64,000 bases of DNA, taken from NCBI RefSeq assembly GCF_006345805.1, contig NC_043013.1, forward strand, positions 53,506,001 through 53,570,000. Reading direction: 5' to 3'. The DNA is from Octopus sinensis (lineage: Eukaryota). Each line of letters starts with the position of its first letter. Positions within the stretch are counted from its first letter, which is position 1. The position numbers and the translations under genes are program-made. The notes below the pieces were generated by a model that had not been told where the DNA came from, did not search any database, and worked only from the letters and a program-made list of their open reading frames with translations. Below, piece by piece: positions 56,248-64,000 of the stretch.

Positions 56248-58209
56248 CATGGGGGTGGAGTGAATGTATTATATACATACGTACGTATCCATTTATGTAT
56301 ATTCCAATCCAAAATATTTCTTCGTTTGTTTGGATTTCTTTACCATTGTGTTTCCACTCTCAGATCTCAAAATTTCCTGAAACTTGGTAATTTCAATTAT
56401 TTCATTAATAATGATCCTGTTAGTCTTTTATTTTGCTTCCGCTATTACTCTGATGTGATGCTGGAGCACCTCACCTATTTCCTAGTTTTGGTTGCTGTGG
56501 CCAATGTCAGTGAAGGAACACTTAATTCCATGGAAAATACAGACAATACGGTTCCAAAAGTGACTATTTATGTTTGTTAATATCTTCTCTTTTTTTGGTA
56601 CTCAGAAATATGGTGGAATATAATTATTTACTTTAGTCAATGTTCTTTTTTAAAATATTGTGACAGGCTCCATTGGTTTTCGTAGTTCGAAGATCGACTC
56701 CCTAAGGCTCTTGTCGTATGCTATAATCCTCCCCAAATTGGGGCTTTTGCTAACGTTAAAAAACTACTTGATGGAATAAAAGACTGACAAAACCGGTTGA
56801 ATAACAGACAAAACGATGTGTGACAATTTAGTTGTAAGTCTGTAAGCTCGTTTTCGAATCAATCCGCAGCCGGTTTTGCTTTCCATCTTCACCTAGAATT
56901 GATCATGAAAACAACCCAGACAAATATTGAAGCAGATCGGTCGGCACTACCCCATAGACAATGTTCACGTTTGAACCTCGTTATTGTAGTTGATGTTGTT
57001 GTTGTTAGCTGTTGTTGTTATTAGACAGGTCGTGTTGATCAAAAACTTTCCAACCATGACAATAACATTTCATTTTGGACATTGTATATCAAGGAGTACA
57101 TTATCTCATGTTCTGCTTTTGAGATACTACCGTCATAGATTTCGTCCTTGATAACGAATGAGGGCATGGTCACGACTGGAACGTCGTCTGTAAAGCGACT
57201 GCTGGATCAAAACAATGGCCTGGTGATACTGTTTTCAATTTCTCTTCACAAAACCGAAAAATATTTCATAAAATCGATATCCAAGCAAATTGTTTATAAT
57301 TTTTGTTCTATTTTTTTTTCTACGTTTTATTATTTTTTTTGTATTTTTTATTATTTATTTATATTTTTTCTATTTTCTAAAAATGAAAGAACGAACGGTT
57401 TTCAATTGTTTGAATTATGAAGTTTTAGCCAGTCAAAACCAAAGATTTTTGTAAAGATAGAACTTCGTTTCCTCTTGAATTCTTTGTTATGTTTGTTAAA
57501 TTTAGCAGAAAACTAGTTTCCTGTTGATAATATGAGATAATATCACAACCATTGTTGAAATCTGTTCATGATTTACGCAAAATTTTCTTTCCAAATAATT
57601 TTCTTTATTTTTTTAACCCACCAAAAAAAAAAATATCTCTTTCTACCGAAAATTATTGTATTTTTATACAATATATGAAAATACAATATATCATAAATGA
57701 TTTTGAATATTTTTTATATATATTTTTTTTATTTGCAGAATAATTCTTCTCGTGTCTGCTAGAAATGTGTGGAAACCAGACTGACCAATATAGAAAATTT
57801 CCCAATTGGTAATGCTTTATCATTTTTCGGCGTCTCAGATTTTTTAAGAAATTATAATTATTTTGTAAGGAAAACAAAAAAAAGAGAACTACATGAATCT
57901 ATTTGTTTGTGATATTCTTATATACATTTTAGTAAATGTTATCGTATTTTACTTTTTCAGAATATGATTCCAGATATTTTAGGAGAAAAATTTAAATATT
58001 ACATATCTACGTGTGTGTATGTTGTGTGTGTTTGTATGTGTGTTTACATTATGCATGAACCTGAGCACTCCCACTGTCTTCAGTCGGAATTGGTAATAAG
58101 AGTAAAAGTATCTATGTGTGTGTGTATGTGTGTGTTTGCATGTGTGTAAGCACAAACACACATACACACACATATATATATATACACATATATATACATA
58201 CATATGTAT

Positions 58210-58276
<67 letters not shown>

Positions 58277-58290
58277 TATACATACATATG

Positions 58291-58359
<69 letters not shown>

Positions 58360-58380
58360 CATATATATATATATATGAGG

Positions 58381-58585
58381 GAGGGCGAATGCCCTAGTGG
58401 TTAGGATGTTGCACTCAAGATCCAGTGATTGTGATCTCAATTCTTAGACTGGATGTTGTGTTCTTGAGCAAAACACTTCATCTCACGTTGCTCCGCGATC
58501 ACTTCGTCACCTGTCGAGTGGCACACCATGGCACCTGTTCAGAAAACATCGATTTAATGGAGAGAGTGGACTAATGTGCAGGGTT
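58381..58585 (+). mobile_element. Diverged tRNA-derived CORE-like SINE
   Basis: GCCCTAGTGGTTAGG A-box-like head; TGTGTTCTTGAGCAAAACACTTCATCTC CORE-like block. Confidence 0.55.
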
Positions 58586-59788
58586 TGCTGTTGTTGATGA
58601 TGATGATGATATTTGAGTTGTGCATTTAGTAATCAAATTTTTGTACAGTTGCTAGAGCGAATCAAATTAAGTGATCAACCAAAAGAATTTGATAAATTTT
58701 TGAAAGAATTCTTGCTTTTTGTCCTCAAGGCAGGACATTTTAAATTTATATTCCTCTGTTTTCATCATTTCGTTATTTTTTTTAGGGTTTTAATCCAGTT
58801 TCTAATTACATCAAACCAAAGATTGCGGCAGCTAATTGGGCTACAACTCTATTTACGTCCACTGACCAGAGAGATATTGGCCGACTTTAGGCATTTAAAA
58901 TTCTTCAGATTGAAAATCTCATCCTATTTAAATGGCGAAGAGGAAATATCTTAGACATTTACCGCAGAGAAGAACTTTGAAAAAAGAGGACACTAGAGAG
59001 GATAACGAATTGTGTCCATTTCTTAATTCTACACACGCACACACACACAGACACACACACATATTTTTTGGTTTTTAAAATATTTTGAAGATCATCAGGC
59101 AGAAGAAAATAAAATGAAAAGAGAATTATTTTGATTGCCAAGGATTAGGTACGAAATAAGAAATTGTTATAAGTTAATCCAGTTTTAGAACTTTGTGCAT
59201 CAGATTCAATAACTTGCAATAAGTATTCACAGAACAATAAATAAGCTGTAAATATACACAGTTTGGTTATGATGCATAAAACTCAAGAGATAAGCATAAA
59301 CTGAATTAGTCTTTCAACTGTAAATCTTCGTTGAGTGCAGTACAATATGTTATGAAGACATTGCACAGAGCTAGACTGAATAAGACATGCTACAACGCAA
59401 GTAGACTGGCGAAAAGTATAATTTGCTGAAGTTGAGCAGTTAGTTTTATCCTGGGTTTTCAATACTGAATAGAAAAAGAAACTGTTTAACGTTGAAGAAA
59501 GAAGACCATCGGATACCACTGCTTTTCAACTCATTGCCCTATACGCTCATCTGATAAATACTTTATCACATGATATATTTGTTTAATCGAGTCTGAGGTG
59601 TTCACTCATCACGACTCTGAAATTTCTCGTTTTGTTGTAAAGGACGGAAACGATGAGCGTCTAATTAACTTCTAATTAGGGTTTGAAATTTACTAAGTGG
59701 ATTGAGTACATTTTTCATTCTTTGAGAATCAAACATACACACATGTGCTTACATAAAGAGAACTGAGTCAGATGTAACAAGACGGCAA

Positions 59789-59953
59789 GTTTTCTTCTTC
59801 TTCTTCTTCTTCTTCTTCTTCTTCTTCTTCTTCTTCTTCTTCTTCTTCTTCTTCTTCTTCTTCTTCTTCTTTTTCTTTTTCTTCTTCTTCTTCTAATTCT
59901 TCTTCTTCTTCTAATTCTTCTTCTTCTAATTCTTCTTCTTCTTCTTCTCCTTA

Positions 59954-60012
<59 letters not shown>

Positions 60013-60068
60013 GTTGTTATTATTATTATTATTATTTTTATTTTTATTATTTTTATTATTATTATTAT
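59789..60068. repeat. (TTC)n-(TTA)n compound microsatellite
   Basis: Direct reading. Confidence 0.95.
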
Positions 60069-60896
60069 CTGCGTGCGCCTGTCTCTGTCAGCATACTTTT
60101 ATTACCGGTGACATTTGTTTCTGTACCACTGCACTTCGAATCACATTGCACATAAATAATTACGTGTGCAACATTAAACAAGACGTGTATAATCATACCT
60201 ACTTGAAGAGACGTGATGAATGACGTCATCTTACCTGATGCTGATGTGGACCCAAGGGCAGCAGCTTTGGGGACAGGGGTTCACCGATTACATCGCACCA
60301 AGTGTTCCACTGATCCATATTTTATAAACTGCCGATTGATAAAATGCAAATTTGTTTTTGGTGGGATTTGAAATCAGTGCAGAAAGATAGAAACAGACGC
60401 TGTAAGATATTTTGTCCGATGTTGTAATGATTCAGCCAAGCAATAAGTACGATGGGGAAACGAGAGGCGACCGATGTTTATACAGATAGCTCCACCGATT
60501 TATGTTTTGTATTTTGCTTTATTCTGTTATCTTCATTGTCAAATGGAAGCGTAAACCCGGAGAACAAAACCAAAAAACAAAAGAATGAAAGAAAGAAATC
60601 TGTGTTTCTGCAACTCAGTTATTGGAGAAAGAAAACAAAAAGGAGGAATAATGGAAAGGCAAAGGTAAAAAGCAGCAGAATTAACCAGAAAATATTAAAT
60701 GTTAAACCGTCATCACAGAATGGGGAGAAATGGCGAAAAAAGGAAACAGAATGGGAAATATCGATCACTATAAGCTTAATGTCTCCATTGATCCTTGGAG
60801 GAATCGCGACAAAATATGTGTTGCATGCGATTGTTATTGCTGAGAAAAACAAGTTAAAAGAAGGGAACCGGGGTAAATGTAACTGGACAACAGATT

Positions 60897-60933
60897 TTTA
60901 TTATTATTATTATTACTATTATTATTATCATTA

Positions 60934-60964
<31 letters not shown>

Positions 60965-60979
60965 CATTATTATATTATT

Positions 60980-61010
<31 letters not shown>

Positions 61011-61057
61011 TTATTTATTATTATTATTATTATTTATTATTATTATTATTATATTAC

Positions 61058-61102
<45 letters not shown>
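60897..61102. repeat. (TTA)n microsatellite
   Basis: Direct reading. Confidence 0.95.
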
Positions 61103-61103
<1 letters not shown>

Positions 61104-61420
61104 GGCGCTGATGTCTCCATGTGTTTCCTGAGTCTCTCTGACAGCATGTATAGCTGCAGAGCTTAACAAATAGCTGCTTAGTATCAATTTGAAAAGGATC
61201 CTTGCTCTGTGCATTCGTATGATTATGTGCAAAAATGCATGTGTGCACGTGTGTGACAATACGTGTGCACTTGTATATGTAAAACTGTACACTTGGGCAT
61301 AGATACTGTACGTATGTAATTTTCACTGTAGGTGTATAGGAAAAATCAATTGTAATTATACGTATATACGTATATATGCAAGTACATATAAATATATATA
61401 TATATATATATTAGGAAAAA

Positions 61421-61615
61421 TCAGTAGAAGAAATAGCTAAGATTTTTGGCTGCTATTTCTAAAAAGATCGGTGTGTGGTAAAGTAAATTATTTTACTAAA
61501 CCCTATTTTTATAACGTAATGTTTCAAATATACCGTAAATGGTCTTTTTACATACTTAACACTACTTGCTAAAATTAATTAATAATTAATTAGTTTTACC
61601 CTTTTATTATTGACT
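61421..61615 (+). mobile_element. Older diverged copy of part of the 583-nt hammerhead-element family
   Basis: TGGCTGCTATTTCTAAAAAGATCGGTGTGTGGTAAAGTAAAT..CTAAACCCT..TTTACCCTTTTATTATTGAC parallels 61905-62100. Confidence 0.65.
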
Positions 61616-61634
61616 ATATATATATATATATATA

Positions 61635-62568
61635 TATCAGTAATAATATAGGGTGAAATTAATTAATTTGGAATAATCATTAATTTCACCAAGTAGATTT
61701 CGGCATGTAAAAGCCTCATTTGAGGAAAGTTTAAGTAATACTAAGTAATTAAGGGTTTAGCAACGATTTGCCTCACCACACACCGAATTTAGAAATAGCA
61801 GTCAAAGAGTTATAGTTATTCTTTCTACTAAAAGGGAGATCTCAGTAAAACCATAGCACTTGGTGTTTGCCTTTCAAGTGCTGTGGTTTTACTGAGATCT
61901 CCCTTTTAGTAGAAAGAATAACTATAACTCTTTGACTGCTATTTCTAAATTCGGCGTGTGGTGAGGCAAATCGTTGCTAAACCCTTAATTACTTAGTATT
62001 ACTTAAACTTTCCTCAAATGAGGCTTTTACATGCCGAAATCTACTTGGTGAAATTAATGATTATTCCAAATTAATTAATTTCACCCTATATTATTACTGA
62101 TAACCATATTTCATCCCAGTAAATGACCACAACATCTTGTCTTGGCTACACGCTGGTGGGAAGGGGTTGGTGACACAAACTTTCATTCACACTTTGAATT
62201 TGGTGATACTGGTAACGGCTTTAGCTCGCTCTGATACTGAGTTGAGATGATGCCTTCTAGTACCTCGAAATTTAATATACAATTATTCATAATTGTAGTG
62301 TCCTACGCTGATGAGAAAAGAAGTTGGGTAAGACATAATTATCTAATTCTTATGCTTTCCTAAAACTTAATTTCGAAACGTACGTCCGTAGGTGACTTAA
62401 AATTGTATGATAGATTGCCGTCATTTCTTTCTCTCTTGCCTGTCTGTGTTTGCCTTTCAAGTGCTGTGGTTTTACTGAGATCTCCCTTTTAGTAGAAAGA
62501 ATAACTATAACTCTTTGACTGCTATTTCTAAATTCGGTGTGTGGTGAGGCAAATCGTTGCTAAACCCT
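61635..62568 (+). mobile_element. Retrozyme/pseudo-LTR-like element: 228-bp inverted arm, 583-nt unit, and 123-nt start of a second unit
   Basis: 61635-61862 is the reverse complement of 61875-62102 (two mismatches seen); 61863-61985 is repeated at 62446-62568 (period 583); intact HHR inside the unit. Confidence 0.88.
62302..62392 (+). ncRNA. Intact type I hammerhead ribozyme
   Basis: Stem I CCTACG(62302-07)/CGTAGG(62387-92); CTGATGA 62308-14; stem II GAAA/TTTC extended by AAGTT/AACTT and CATAA/TTATG; GAAA 62375-78; palindromic stem III CGTACG; GUC triplet, cut predicted after 62386. Confidence 0.92.
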
Positions 62569-63610
62569 ATAATTTCACTGGTCCCACTCCTGAACTATAT
62601 GGTCGTTACATTGACGACATTATCGGTGCCACCTCACTCTCCCGTGAACATCTAGATTCCTTCCTCTCTTTCGTCCAATCTTTCCATCCAGCCCTCCACT
62701 TCACTTCCACTATCTCCAACACCTCTGTCTCCTTCCTCGACATTTCGGTCAGCATTCTTCACTCCACTCTTACCACCTCCATTCACTACAAACACACAGA
62801 CTCACACTCATACCTCAACTTCTCTTCCTCCCACCCAGAACACACCAAGCTTTCCATCCCCTATTCCCAATTCCTCCGTCTACGTAGGTTCTGTAGTGAC
62901 GACCATGACTTTGAGACTCAGTCTCAACGTATGGCTCACCACTTCACCCTACGTGGATACCCCCTCACCACTATCCACACCGCCCTTGCCAGAGCACGGT
63001 CCGTGGACCGTGTATCTGCTTCAATCCCCGAACCCGCCCTGTAGTCTCCCGCCTCCCTTTCCCCTCACTTACCACCCCACGACCCTACCTCTCCAACGCA
63101 CCATTCTCCGAACTTTCCGTCATCTCCAGTCCGACCCGTCCACTTCACACCTCTTCCCTAACCGACCCCTACCCTCTTTCAAACGAGCCCACAACCTTCG
63201 AGACCTTTTGGTCCATAGCTCCTTCCCTGACCCTACCCTCCAACCCGCTCGTTCCCCTGCTCCCGCCCACGTTGCCGCACTTGCCCTTACCTCTCCAACA
63301 CCACCTCCTCACTAGCACCCACCATCGACCCTATCCCATCATCCACTCCTTCACTTGCACCTCCAGCAATATTATCTATTGCGTCTCTTGCTCTCTCTGC
63401 CATTCCTTGTACATCGGATAAACGGGACGCCGCTTGGCTGACCGTTCGCGGAACCCTTCGTGACATCCACCTTGCGAACGACACACACCGTCTCACGCCA
63501 TTTCCGCTCCACCGGTCACTCCTTGCAACACCTATCTGTGTTCGGTTTGTCCTTACACAGAGGCCATCCGGATTCCCGTTTGCGCCGTGAAGAGGAATTA
63601 ATCTCTTATA
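62569..63610 (+). pseudogene. Disrupted Penelope-like RT + GIY-YIG endonuclease ORF
   Basis: YGRYIDDI, VSFLDI, HYKHTDSHSYLNFSSSHP, SIPYSQFLRLRR; FKRAHNLRDLLV; CSRPRCRTCP knuckle near 63258; NIIYCVSC..C..LYIG*TGRRL with a stop at 63419-63421; frameshifts present. Confidence 0.92.
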
Positions 63611-64000
63611 CGCCATTTGGTCTCGACTCTCCCCCCTCCTCATCTAAAACCCCCCCCCCTCTCCCCCTCTTCACCTACTCCCCCCCGACCCCTACTTTTT
63701 CAGTCCTTCATCCTTTCACCCCTACTCCCCTTCCCTTCTTCCCTCTTTCTCCCTCCCTACTTCCCTCTTCCCCTTCCCTGCTCCCTCACTCCCCTTCTCT
63801 CTCCCCCTCTCCCTCTTTCCTCCCTCCCTCCCCTCCCTTCCTTCGCCCCCTCCTCTCCTCCCCCTCCTCTCTCTCTCCCCCTCTTTCCCCTCCCTCTCCT
63901 CCCCCCCTCCCCTTCTTCTCCTCTTCCCCCTCTCCTCCCCCTCTTCTCCTCTCTCCACACTACACCACACGACTTTACACATCACATCATATGTGATGTG
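62569..64000 (+). mobile_element. 5'-truncated Penelope-like retroelement (probably Neptune-type); runs off the window
   Basis: RT C-terminus, linker zinc knuckle and GIY-YIG domain, followed by a polypyrimidine-rich 3' region. Confidence 0.9.

Overview
Repeat-dense eukaryotic DNA. The SINE families and microsatellite load strongly suggest an Octopus (cephalopod) genome; this is recognition from memory, not a database check. I could not support any host protein-coding gene, and nearly all ORFs in the supplied track are translations of microsatellites. The window contains: (i) many (AT)n, (AAT)n, (ATCT)n and (CAT)n tracts; (ii) about 15 tRNA-derived SINE copies from two main families; (iii) one long and several short decayed R4/Dong-type non-LTR retrotransposons (RT plus restriction-like endonuclease), most abutting (TAA)n tracts, and a TAA-flanked non-coding element; (iv) three mariner remnants; (v) a Penelope-like element (RT + GIY-YIG) and a second truncated copy. 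The most interesting signal is four sequence-unrelated repeat families that each carry a type I hammerhead ribozyme (HHR) fold. These are a textbook-intact HHR at 62302-62392 in a 583-nt retrozyme-like unit, mirrored HHRs in an 875-bp palindrome at 49881-50755, a tRNA-headed HHR-bearing element at 22720-23108 (related copies at 27535-27745), and a variant minimal HHR at 53959-53996 at the 3' end of the Penelope-like family. All folds were read by eye and none has been computed or tested for cleavage.
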